A DNA stretch of 64,000 nucleotides from Convolutriloba macropyga (taxonomy: Eukaryota), in NCBI RefSeq assembly GCF_964194025.1, contig NC_134476.1, positions 10,912,001 to 10,976,000 on the forward strand, read 5' to 3'. Below, one piece after another: positions 27,509 to 39,700 of this stretch. Below the pieces are notes generated by a model. It saw only the letters and a program-made list of their open reading frames with translations, did no database searches and was not told the DNA's origin. Made by a program: the position numbers and the translations under genes. Positions within the stretch are counted from its first letter, which is position 1. Each line of letters opens with the position of its first letter.

Positions 27509-27842
27509 GTAAGTTGCAATTTAAAGAAAATTTGTTTCAACGTTTTTTATGAACTGTGAGTGCAATATTTGTGTGAGAATGAGCTCCCGGATCAATAGTA
27601 ACATGGTAAATCAGCGCTAAATCATAGTATTTCTCAATCTGTATTTTTACTATGAACATATTCTGATCATATCACTTTTTACCATGAAAAGTTTAAACTC
27701 TGACAAAAACTTTCGAAGACTGTAGAGGAGAAACAGCATTGAATTTTAAACTTAGGCTGGCATTCTCACTTTGATTCGCAACTTAACCGGAACAAGCTGG
27801 TCCAATATTTGTTGAAATTGAGGCACAACAAGTGTCAGATTG

Positions 27843-27845
<3 letters not shown>

Positions 27846-27909
<64 letters not shown>
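27846..27909. repeat. (TA)n microsatellite in the last ELL intron
   Basis: Uninterrupted TA run. Confidence 0.98.
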
Positions 27910-27914
<5 letters not shown>

Positions 27915-28195
27915 TATACCAAAATAAGCAATGCTGTTCGCGAAATGAACAGTTTGAAAAGTCGAGAATAATAGGTAGAACTGACAGAAAATTTTGTTTT
28001 CTGCACTCTGAACGTTCTTCCAATGTTTACTTTATCTCGTTAAACCGGAGGTCTGCCCAGTCTATTGGGGCTATCATCCGGAAATCTATCGGCTATTTTA
28101 GACAATTAAAGGCTAAATTTTGGTTTTTATGCAAGTTGACTCGCAAAGTTTTTGAAATGAAGTTTATCTTCGCCTGAGGTCACGTTCTCTTTCAG

Positions 28196-28669
28196 CAAGA
28201 GGACTTCTTGAAGACGAATCATAGGTGCTGCCAGCTGCATAACCAGTTGTCAGTTATGCTATCTCGACTACAGGACTTCAGAAACAGGGAGATACAGCAA
28301 CTTATGACTAAACAAGCTTCTCCAGCTCCTAATGGAAATGACCAAACACAGCGACAGCCGCTGTCGTTCCAGCAACAACAATGCAATCTTGTCAACCCCC
28401 AAGTTGCTGTAGGACTAGCTACAGGTCATCAACAAACCCTGTTCAATCGAACCCATCCCGGGCAAGGGAATCAATCGCAACACCCTTTGAAACACCAACA
28501 GGGTCAGTACGCTTCAAACCCCGCCGCCACCGCGCATCAACGAGCTAACAACAATACCACAAACTCCAACTTTTTGTTCAACGATCACCGTAACCCGGGT
28601 GCAATTAGCAATGGAAGTAATGCCAGCCAATCAGCTAACAGCAAATCACAAAAGGGAATCAGAACGTAG
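28196..28669 (+). CDS. ELL: ELL terminal coding exon: end of occludin/ELL domain (QEDFLKTNHRCCQLHNQLSVMLSRLQDF) plus Q/N-rich tail, stop TAG
   Basis: ctctttcag acceptor (phase 0); matches ELL 'Y..EK.RCEYLH.KL..IK..I..Y'; the eight exons sum to 1993 nt with an uninterrupted frame. Confidence 0.9.
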   Translation, partial: QEDFLKTNHRCCQLHNQLSVMLSRLQDFRNREIQQLMTKQASPAPNGNDQTQRQPLSFQQQQCNLVNPQVAVGLATGHQQTLFNRTHPGQGNQSQHPLKHQQGQYASNPAATAHQRANNNTTNSNFLFNDHRNPGAISNGSNASQSANSKSQKGIRT

Positions 28670-29093
28670 CCGATGCGCTTCCCTGCCTGATGGAGAATTT
28701 ATGGAAAAACTGGCTGAAAGAATATTAGAAAGTATTAGTACTAAATACAAAAATCGATGGTACTATTTGAACTTTGAGCTGATTCGAAATGAGAAAATCT
28801 CAGAATATGTGATTATGAATTACACATATAATCCCAAAACGTATTATCGCATAAATTGTTGATTACTGTGTTAATGTTCACTTTAATGGAGCCCTGTGAA
28901 ACAAAGAACCCCCCCTCTTTATTCCCAGACAATCAGTAGGGAAGTAAGGAGGATTCACTTAACGTCATTTTGTTTGCTCGATGGTTTTAGGAAAAGCCCA
29001 GAGCACCCCCCACAACCTTGATCTTGATTATTACTGATTGTAATTATACTTAATATACACTCACTGTGGATACTTAACGCGACTGCAAAACAA

Positions 29094-29117
29094 CCCCCCC
29101 CCCCCCCCCCCCCCCCC
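29094..29117. repeat. Poly-C tract in the ELL 3' UTR
   Basis: Homopolymer C run. Confidence 0.95.
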
Positions 29118-30222
29118 ACAGCCCGGCCCCAACTCCCACTTATCCTTTCCCTATTTCCATTAACTCCCCTCTCTTTCTCGCCGCACGCATTGCCCGTACG
29201 TCAAAAAACAGCCAAGCCTCGTCGAATTCTGCCACCTGTCAATTTCCTCAGAAAAGTTGGAAAAATTCGAGAAATTTGGAAAAAGTCGAAAAATTACAGA
29301 AAGTTTGATAAAATATAGGTCAAAATTGTTCTGTAAGACTTTAATACTAGTAATAACGCGGAAATCGAAACTAAAATTTCAGTGTGAAATGAAGATGAAA
29401 ATTGAGATATTTTCATTTTAATCTGATTTGAATTGGATGTTGGCAGTAAGATGATGACTCGATGGTTCGACAATTAATCAGTTATTAATATGGTGCTTCT
29501 CTGATTAGTTTTTAACTGGCTTGTATTGTTCTCATTTCCCACGCCCCCTCCCCCAAGTCTCCCCCTTAATTCACTCCTTAGTGCTCCATATTTCGCCTAC
29601 AGTGCAATTTGCCAAACCAAACTAGCTTAAAGTTCATTCCAATCAAGCTCTCAAGCCGCCAGCTCATTATAACTTATTATAACTAAGTACTAGTTAACTA
29701 ATCCATAACTCGTCGCTCCCTAATGTGTCTTCTACCTGGTGGCTATTCGTCCGTTATCGATTATAAGAGAGTTATTTATGTGACTATTTAGACACTTTTT
29801 GACTGATCAACTTTTAACTTTAAACTTCTTAGCGACTATTAGTTAATTGATTTCAATGAAACTAGATGTTTTATTACTACCTGTTTTAGTAACTGGTTGT
29901 TATTATTATTAGTTTCTAACTATTACTAACTATTAACAGAAGTAAATTACCTCCGCCCATTACTTTGCTTCGCTCCAAATTTCAAACCACTATTCTTGGT
30001 GCAGCTACTTTTCAAAAAATTGTCAAAAAAAGATAAATACTTTTCAGAATTAAGTTGAGCAATTAATGCTTTTGTGTATTATAGAGCTTTAAAGTCAAAA
30101 GAAAATTTCACTTTAATAGCAATATTTGAATGCGGTGTGTTTGTGTGTGCTTAAGATTAAAGTGTGTTTTGCTTCTAGTTAAGGATAATTTTCTGGTTTT
30201 GGGTGCTATATTTTCTCTTTCC

Positions 30223-30228
30223 AATAAA
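30223..30228 (+). terminator. Candidate polyadenylation signal of ELL (3' UTR about 1.55 kb)
   Basis: AATAAA after a repeat-poor, C-rich UTR-like stretch, followed by GT/T-rich sequence. Confidence 0.45.
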
Positions 30229-30302
30229 TAGTGCGTCATTCATTTGGGTTACTTTGTTCACGCTTCTCACTTTCTAAAAACATCATTTCGACACACTATT
30301 TG

Positions 30303-30378
30303 GGTGAAGTTGGCGTCAATTGAGATTATTTCGGGTCAAGGATTTTCTCGGACGCTGGTTCGAGTCCGAGTCAGGATA
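30303..30378 (+). pseudogene. Degenerate tRNA-like Pol III cassette just downstream of the candidate ELL poly(A) signal
   Basis: TGGCGTCAATTG and perfect B box GGTTCGAGTCC, T4 run, and the downstream CCCC..TGAATTAA motif seen in B/D elements. Confidence 0.45.
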
Positions 30379-33279
30379 TCGTTTTGCAGTTTTCAATTGT
30401 AATCTAAACGCTTATAACCTCCCCTGTTTGAATTAAGAACTAAAAACTAGAACTTCCTATTGGTAGAATCTGTCCATTTATAATTGCCAACTTTGCCCAT
30501 TAATAGGCGTATATGGAATAATATAACTTGCTAAATAATAGTGAAAATATGCTTTTTGTTACTGCAGACTGCAGAAACGAAATGTGTCAGGTATCAAAGC
30601 TTTGTACAATCTTAAATGGATGAAAGTTCAGTTGCCTGGGGGCAAATTATAACGAGATCATGTGTCGAAATGATGATAATCACTTAAAGCGCAACGAAAT
30701 GTGCACAGTTAGAATCTGATCTTTAAAAAAAGTCAACAGAACTTTACGGCGAAATTCGGTAGCAGTTTTCGCCACCAAAACAATCCGAGATGAATTTGTT
30801 TGTCATTTTTCGTGCGCTTTTATGAAATTTAACCAGTTTAAAAAAGTAACCTCATTTAAGTGCATCTAACTACAGCTTGAAGTATCTTTTGAAGCTATTT
30901 AGTTCGATGTTGTAATTTTTCTGTGAACTTGCAAGTACAGACCGTAATACAATGACCTCGATCATAATTTGTTCGCCTTAAAAGCTCATCTCAAACTGAA
31001 CGAGCTGTGAATAATAATTGTTTAGTAATCTGTTACTTTGTTAAACTGATGCTTGCCACGATAAATTCATCTTGAACAATCCTGAAATATATTGCAAAGA
31101 ATCAATTATGGCTAACATCGCCAGCTGTAATTTGCAATACTGTTGATAAATCTACTGGGCTTAAGATCATTATGCAATTTGTAATTCGTGAAGTATCAAA
31201 ATGATGCGCTAACTCTTTGCTTCGATATCAAAAGCTAATCACATGCGCTCTAAATAGTATTCAAATTTAGAGGCGATATTTGAAATTATTTTGCTTAAAG
31301 GACCAAATGCCTTTCCTGTCATGTGGGTCTGAATAATAAATTGTAAATTTTGTGACGAGTGGTTAAATAAATTTTTTGATGAGATCCATAAAAATAATCC
31401 AGTTTGGTGTTTAAACATTATCCCTTAACATTTCACAAAAGCTTCCGATGCGGTTAATAAATGCTTTCAAGTTGCCTTTTTTCCAAACTTATTTAAACCC
31501 ATGATTAGTTCATATCTTGGGTTTTTGTGCATGCGCAGTTATCTCAGCTCAGTGTATAAAATAAAGTTGGGCGTAATTCTTGGCTAACTAAAAACTTCCG
31601 AATTTTTTAACCAGATTTTTTAAGCTGATACTTTGTATTGCTTTTTGCACGGAATCGAAGCTTAGATTTAAAGCGGCATTTGAATAACCGTCGTCATGGT
31701 CTCGCTAATGGGAGGGCAAATTGAGTTCAGTCATTTCGTCGCAAATCGAGTTTTTGCTCCAGTATGTTTATTACGCAAGTTTGACATTGTTTTCCACGAC
31801 ACTTGTTATAAGACTGTACTTACAAGCGGGAGCGAATTCAGCTTAAAGTAGACCGATTTTAACCAAATAGACCAAATATGAATTAAACCGTAAGTTATTT
31901 GCACGGCGCAGCGTTTTTGGAGCAACAGCATTTTGTCAAATTACTGATAAAATTTGTCAATTTACCTTAACTATATTGCTCAAGAATTGTAGAAAATGTA
32001 CTAATTTCAACAAAGCGATTTGTAACCATAATAGATCTACATAATTATGTTCAAGCTATCCCTGGGTAATTTGGCGAGAGGACAAAATACCCAAGAGATA
32101 ACCAATATTTTAACCTCTGTGTCTAATTGGATGATTCCGGGTGATTTTTATTTAATTAATGACCAAATTTGCATGAATATAAGAAAACACGGTGTGCGGA
32201 AATTAGTTATATTACCTTGAAATGGTAAACAAAATTAACCGATAATTTCGACCCTGTTCCGCGATGGACGCCACTCGATTTTGTGAAAAACTTGTTCAAA
32301 AATGGAAATCAGTTTTAATGTTGCTGATTTTCCGCAAAAGCCAGAAAAAGCTTGATTGGCGACGAAATGATGAAATTGAATTTTAGTAACACCAATTACA
32401 GAATTCAACGGCTTAGGTGAAAATAAATAGAAGTATCGCCAGAGTATTAAGAATTTTTTACTTTTTATCTTTGCTGTTACTGATGCAAAATTTCACCTAA
32501 TTGTGCAAATGGCTTGATGTAAATATTTTATTTGATCTAAAATTTTTCAAATTAAGATTTTTTTGGTTGGTTTTGAGCGTGATGTTAATTAGGATGTTAA
32601 TTTTTAATCACGGAGGTTTGTTAGCCAGGATAAATTACGCCGGCAAATCGGTTTAGTTAATTCAATGTTTGTTCGTTTGTTTTCGTTCAAGTTAAGTTGG
32701 AGCAAAATAAAATACAATACTGGAATTGATTTCTACTATTAAATGGTGCTAAACTCAATTTAAAACATTAAAAAACGTAACTATTCTAAATGTGCCGTAA
32801 TTTAAAGCTATGCCTGAAAAATGATGAATTATGTATGTGTTGATGTAGTTGTTCCATCCTTTCCTCAATAGATCAAAAAACGGCGGGATATTTTACCCCA
32901 TATAATTATTACATAACATCATTTGTTATCCCTTCCTTAAGAATGGCCATAAATATGAAGAGTATTATTTGCTGAATATTTTCAGCTGTTTTCGTGCCTG
33001 AGTCAATTATGCTCTCTGATAGTGCTGTACTTGGAATAATACCTTAAGTGCCGTTCTCAACAAATTATCTGAATTCAATTTGGATGTTTGGTGTATAGCA
33101 AATATATGTTACAACTTTTGGAGTGAAGTGTTTCAAAGTAATTAATTACGTCATTTTTCTCAATCTTTTTCTCTATAAATTCCATAAAAGGACTGTGAGA
33201 GCGAACATGAGTTTCACTGACCATTTTAGGTGAAAGATTTAGCAAAAAAGGTCATTTTTCTCGCTCGTTTTTATTTATG

Positions 33280-33760
33280 ACAAGGAGGCTCGTTAATGTG
33301 CGTTCGCACATTATGTTCCGACCCGCGCTCATCTACATCTTTGACATAACTGTTAGCCAAATGAAGAGATAATCAAAAATAGATCTTTGAGTTAAAAAAA
33401 AATCGTTACACGAACTACTGAATTACATATTGCCATGCCAGATTACAGCGCTCACGAGACCTCACACCATTAACAAGACTACCTACGGAGAAAAAAAATG
33501 AACAACAAAATGAGCAAAAAGAAAAAAAAACATTTTTTACGGCAAAAATTTAACATCTAAGCTTAAAAGCACCTAGTAACAACGACAAAGTACAATCAGA
33601 GAAAACCTTAACTACGCAAAATTACTTTTCCGTTACTACAAAGCAGATTTGACTTTTTAATGAGACTAGGTAACAAGTTGACAAAAAGAAGTTAAACCAA
33701 ATTTTTACAAACGTCTATAGAACCATTAGCTTTTAACGAAAAAGTTCTTGATAAATTTAC
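33280..33760 (-). mobile_element. HINE family C, 3' portion in reverse orientation
   Basis: Reverse complement of 36860-37360, including an identical 32-bp terminus. Confidence 0.7.
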
Positions 33761-34464
33761 TAAAATGGTAAATACGAAACCAATAGAATCTGTCTTTGGT
33801 TATACTGAGCCGCAAAACGGACTAATTTCTCTCAATCGTTTTTATTTCTGAAAAAGATATCGAAGATAGTCGCTAAACTGTTTCAAAAGTATTTAATTGC
33901 GTCATTTTTGTTCCGACCCCACGTGTGGGGGGAGGAACTATATACTCAAATGGGTTTTTTTGTTCAGACAATTTTGGCCGAGCGATATATTCATTGTAGA
34001 AAAATGTGAGTGGTATCATTAAAAAGCTCATCCAGCGTAGAATTTAAATTAAAAAGGTTTTTTTGGAATTTCGAATTTTTCGAGGAGTTATCGAGGATTG
34101 AAGTTTTGTGTGAACACGGGATATTTGGCTTGATTTTGTTTCAAATTATGAGTTTTCTATAAAAGTTAGTTATTCAAATTTACTTTTCACGCCACAAAAT
34201 AAATCATCTGGTGTTCCTAATAGACGAAAGGCGATAAAAAGACTAGTTCTGGTCTCATAAGAAAATTTTTCATATTTTTGTTTTATTCAGTCACCTAGAG
34301 ACTATTCACTTTTCATATCGAGGTTCCGTTAATGACAAACCTCATTTACAATCAAATGTAGCCCAATGAACAAAAAACTCGTTTTCAAGGAATCGCTCGT
34401 TTTTTTTGGATTTGACTCTGTTTTCGTGATTTTAAATGAATTTTTGATTTTCTTTTGAGGTTTT

Positions 34465-34734
34465 ACTGAATTTTTGGAGGCCTATGTCTTAAACCTTTCA
34501 TCTAAAAGTTGAACTATCTAGTACTTTGAGTGGACAGCTAATGACTATTAAGACTTTGAAAATTTAATTTTGATTTTTTTAAAATATTAACCAATCATAA
34601 CTGAATTTTTGGAGGCCTATGTCTTAAACCTTTCATCTAAAAGTTGAACTATCTAGTACTTTGAGTGGACAGCTAATGACTATTAAGACTTTGAAAATTT
34701 AATTTTGATTTTTTTAAATATTAACCAATCATAA
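34465..34734. repeat. Near-perfect ~135-bp tandem duplication inside the family C element
   Basis: ACTGAATTTTTGGAGGCCTATG...ACCAATCATAA occurs twice in tandem. Confidence 0.95.
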
Positions 34735-36299
34735 ACGTCTTTTTGTGAGTAAGTCAGTCTCAGTAATGATAGAACCCCTTCTGTCCTACTGCAACCAAAA
34801 TTAATCTGTTTAGTAGTTTTATCTCATAACTATTGATTATATGACTCCAAAGCAACAACACTTTCCGCAAATTTAATTTAATTTTTGGACATTTCGTATT
34901 ATTGGTTCCTTTTTGAAATCACGTTATCCTAATATTGATGGCTCCCATGGCCTTAAAGAAGACGTTCAATAGATCACAGATAAAGTTTTCACGGAAAAAC
35001 TTATGGCTTAATTGGATTCGAAATTTTCTTCTCGAACTTTTCTATCGAATTTTTAGTTTTTGCCTGTATTTGTTTTCGTAGTCATAAGACTTATTTTGAT
35101 GTCTTATTGATTACCTATGCATCACAAACACCCTTGTCTTCACATCGAGGCTTATATGTGCGGAGTTATTGACTTCTGTTGAAGGATACTTAATTTAATT
35201 AATGCCTGTTGAGACTTTAAAAAAAATTTTCGAAATTTTTTTGAACATCTTAGACTTATTTTCGTTAGCTGTTTTTAAAGTCTTTGGAAACTTTTTTTGT
35301 AATTTTTGTTCCTTTTGAAATCTTATCGCATTATTTCAATTTTGATAGTTCCTTTTGGCTTAGATAAGACGTTCAATGGACCTCAGATGAAATATTCTGA
35401 GAAAAGCTTTTGGTTTAAATGGCTTCGACATTTTCAAGTTTTCTACTGAATTTTTGGATTATGTTTGTATTGGTTGTTTTTTTTCACACTCAATGACTTG
35501 TTGTAATGTGAATGACAAAAGTCCTTGTTTTCCCATTGAGGCACAGTTTAGTGTTTTTTTTGGCTTCCAGTGAAAGCTATCGTACTTATTGGCTTTGATA
35601 CCAGGGGTTTTCTCAAAAGCTTCGTGGTTTTAATACATTTGTTCATATTTGTTGTTTTTCAAGTCATTTTGGAACAAAAAAACAATCCCATGTTAAATAA
35701 TTAATTGACAATAAAGTTTTTACTGAAAAGTTCATTTTCTAATGGCCTCGACAATTTTCTCGCTCATTTTTTTGAATTTGCAGTTTTTGCCTGTTTTTTA
35801 TTCTTTAGGTAGCCGTAAAATGCTGACTGGTCTCATTAGCTTGTAATTGATGATTAATTGAGTGATGTTACCGGAAGCTGTCAGCTTTTAGCAAATAGTC
35901 TCAAAGTTTATGATACTATACATTTTCAAAGATTTTTTCAAACGTTTCCGGTTTTTTGTTTTTTTTTTCGTCAACGGTAACTTTTTCTTGTCTTTTAGAG
36001 GTCCCATCCAATTAATTGAATATCAAAAATTAACTTGTCTATTAATATTGTTTTAACGGATGTTTTGTTTGTTGGACAATATGCGTTTTCAATGTTTTGT
36101 GAGTGGTGTATTTGTTTTTTCCTCTTTTAGCATATTCGGGTAATAACAGATCCCAATGGTTTTCAAATGTGGCCCAAATGAACCTGCCAATTCTTGCAGT
36201 TTATTTTTGGTTCATTTAGTATAAGTAAAAATTGAAATAAAAATACATAGTATTCAGATAATAGCCAATGATTTTAATGGCTTCAATTATTTGTGTTTT

Positions 36300-36769
36300 T
36301 ATAGCTGCGAAGCTGTAAGCTGAGCGTAGCTATATTGCGGTGCTCTTGGTTTTTTTTTGTTTCGTCGTCTGACGCTTTATTTTCGTTTTACATTTGTTCT
36401 AGAACATTCTGTCTCGTCACTGCTTAAATGGCTTTTTCGCGCTTGATTTCACGCTTTCTGCGTGACCTAAATTGCGGTTATTCAGAAACAGAATCTGTTG
36501 CTAAAAGAAAGTTGATTGTAAGAAAACAGATTGTATGGTCCGACAGCCAAGTGGTTAAGGCGACTGGCTGTTAATCCGGAGAGCGCCGGTTCGAGACGCG
36601 ACAGGGAAAGTTTTTTTGCACCCAAAAACAACCTCCTTTGAAATAAACTTGTAAGTTTTATAGGCGGCGGCGATAACTATTATCAACTCACTTCTGTATC
36701 TTTTTCCATCTGTATTTTACGGCACGCAAGTCTATTTCGCAGCTATTCCGGCAATCTGCCGGCTATGTT
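36300..36769 (+). mobile_element. HINE family D with tRNA-like cassette
   Basis: subTIR ATAGCTGCGAA / TTCGCAGCTAT; family A-type hairpin CCGGCAATCTGCCGG; related degenerate start near 965. Confidence 0.75.
36537..36608 (+). pseudogene. tRNA-Asn(GTT)-like Pol III cassette
   Basis: D arm GCC-AAGTGGTTAA-GGC, loop CTGTTAA, GGTTCGAGAC, then T7; acceptor and T stems broken. Confidence 0.65.
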
Positions 36770-39700
36770 CTTAAATTGTTTGTAATTTTTTTAGATTTTC
36801 TTCTTTGTCCGTTCCTATGGCTTAGTCTTACCGAAGACAGGTCCCGTTGGTTTCATAATGACTTTTTAGTAAATTTATCAAGAATTATTTTGTTATAAGC
36901 TTATGATTTTTTAGACTTTTGAATTTATTTGGTTTAAAGAGTGATTTTTGAGTTTCGCCGCATTTTTCTCTTTGTCGACTTGTTACCTAGTCTCATTAAG
37001 GAAAGTTTCCATCTGTTGTATAGTTAGGAAAAGTAAATTTGTTTAGTTAAGGTTTTATCTGATTGCATTTTGACGTTGTTACTAGGTGCTTTTAAGTTTA
37101 GATATTGAGTTTTTGCCGTGAAATTTTTGCTTTTGCTTATTTTGTTGTTTTTCTCGTAGTCTTTTTATGGCAGATCTTGTGAGCGATGTAATGAAGCATT
37201 ACATTATGTAATTCAATTAGTAGTTAAGTTTTGTAAAAAAAATTGTAAACTCAATCATCTCTCTTTGTTATCTCTTCATTTGGTGGACAATTAAGTCAAA
37301 AATATAGATGACATCGGGTCGAAACATCATGTGCGAACGCACATTAACGAGCCTCCTTGTTATTAATATTTTTATATTATACATAAAGCACTATGAGTTA
37401 ATCTGAATTGACCGTTTTTGAAGTTAAATCTTTCAAAAGGAAGTTTTGAAAAATTTCAACCTATCATATCACGTTATTTTCTCAATCGCTTTTCCATCCA
37501 TAAAAGGACTTTCCGTTGAGATATCTAAACAATAAATCGTAAGATTTTTTCCTTCGGTTTTTATAATTTACATAAGAACGGAAGGAGCTAGTCCGATTTG
37601 AGCATATTGGACTGACGTAGTTTCAAAGTAATTAATTACGTCATTTTTTTACCCTTTTCTTGTTTCTATAAAGATTTCGGGCGTAGCATCACTTGACCTT
37701 CTTAAAGTGAAAACTTTTGAAGTAATTATTTCCGTCATTTTTTTCTGTTATACTGCCATTAAAAGACTGTGGCGTGGGGGGGGGGGGCTTGACTTGATCA
37801 TTGCGTATGTCCATCAAAAGAGGGAATGAGGTCGGATGTGTTGTTTTTCCGGGTTTATCGCTTCTTTTACGACTTTTAGTGGATCGAATTTATAATTTCA
37901 GTACATGGTATGAGATGATGACGTCAAAGCTAAACCGTCTCTTTAATTATGTTTTTACATGGCTTGTGGGGGACACATGTTGTAGTATGACGGGGCATTT
38001 TAATTTATTTTTATCCTATTTCTTTCAGAATTGTTTTTGTTGAATTTTCAAATTACATGGAAGTTAAACAAATATTTTTTCTGCACAGTCAATAATTGAC
38101 TCTCTGAATTTTTTTAAAAAATAATGATTCACCGAGGCGATGAAAACAAAGTATTTATAAAGATCTTTTGGTGAATAAAATTGCTGAAATGATGAAATGT
38201 ACGAGTACATAATGCAGCTAAACTTTTGCGAGAATGATTAGTGGTCAATATCGGGTTTTTAACAACTAAATTATTTTAATAACTAAATTATTTTAGTTAA
38301 GAAGGACCTTAGAAGATGTGATTATTTTAGTTAAGGAGGACAATAGAAGCTGTGATCATGATGGATTGGTTAATAAACATTTCGATAGAATTATACCCTT
38401 TCAAGTTATTCCTGCTGTTTTTCGACTGGACGTCTTAAGCGACGGAAGGGGTTGCTTTTATAGGAAGGAGATTTTGCATTCGTGTGAAGAATTTTATGAA
38501 TTCAATGCCAATTATTTACCTCACTTTCAATCACTGCTGGAAATTTTGATTGAGTGTCTTATGCAATTTTTTCGCGTGACAGATTTTTCATTTGATCAGT
38601 AAACAGTCTTAAGAAGAAAAATTACTGGTAGAGCCTGAGATCTTTCCGTACTTTTGATGCTCTTTGAGCTTTAGTGGGCTATAACTGTATAGCTCAGCGA
38701 ATCTGTGGAGGAGGCAGAAATTCATTGCTTGTTTAAGAATTTTGGGAGGTTTTTACAACCCCCTGTGCATGAACTAGCGGTTTTTTTTAAAATGGTCTAT
38801 TTTTTTGCCGGATTTTCGAAGCAAGAATCAAATTATCTGCACTCACGTGGCAGATTTGTTTAGAACAGCAGAGTGAGCTCCAAAAACAACCGATCTGTCA
38901 CGATTTATTGCAACCGGCGGCCAAGTTGTGTCTTCCCTTGCATCAGTTTTTTTAATAATTTAAACGAAAGTGAGAAGTGTTTCTTCGTATGCAAGAATTT
39001 TTGAAAAGATGGCCTTTGAACCCCCCCCCCCCCCCCCGTAAGTTCATCTGTTCATTAATTACAGACTAAACTGGTGCGCAACTGGTACTACTCTAAATTT
39101 TAAATAAAAATTAGTCTACCAAAACCCATTTTCTTTGTTTGCTCTTTTTTCAAAAAATTGACTAAGGTAAAAGAACAGTTTCGAACTGAAATACTGCATT
39201 GAAACTGCTTTTATCATTCTTAAACTTGCATAGAATTATAATCTCAAAGCTGCTATGACCATTTTTAAGCAATCAAAAAATAACTGGAATGAAATTTTTG
39301 TATTGCAATTTTGGCTTGGAAAGCCGAGTACTTTTTGACTTTGTATTGATCAGAATTATCGATTGATGACTTGCAGAAATTTTGGTATGCTAACAAGCGA
39401 TCGGCAATATTTGCCAAAAAATTTTCGTGGTTGCTCTTAATAGGCTGCCTGTGTACAAAAGTCAGTTCTCTTGAACTAAATAACCTCATAAGATTATCAA
39501 AAACAATTATAAATAAGCATTAGCTTTCTTTTCCTGAATGAAAATTTTTATATATCAAAGACTGCTTTTGAAAATTTAGCTATTAAGTTTAAGGAAAAAA
39601 TAAGAGTGGAAATGCTTTAACAGAAACAAGTTCCCATAGACAAGAGAGTTACAGGATTCAATTATTTTCAATATTAGGGCTTTTTTCCCAAACGCACTGA

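Larger units (their letters stand above)
33905..37361 (+). mobile_element. Large (~3.45 kb) HINE family C element with nested family D copy
   Basis: 5' TTTGTTCCGACCC...GGAACTA; 3' subTIR GGGTCGAAACA, hairpin ATGTGCG-AA-CGCACAT and end CTCCTTGTT, resembling the DINE-1 3' end; related 5' end at about 15858. Confidence 0.7.

Noticed and set aside
27264-27512. Ser-rich 82-aa ORF
   Set aside because: It is an alternative frame of the ELL occludin-domain exon.
27809-28177. 122-aa ORF with IYIY repeats
   Set aside because: It is an artefact of the (TA)n microsatellite in an intron.
33905-37361. Autonomous Helentron or transposase gene
   Set aside because: No long ORF or Rep/helicase motif anywhere in the window; all elements are non-autonomous.
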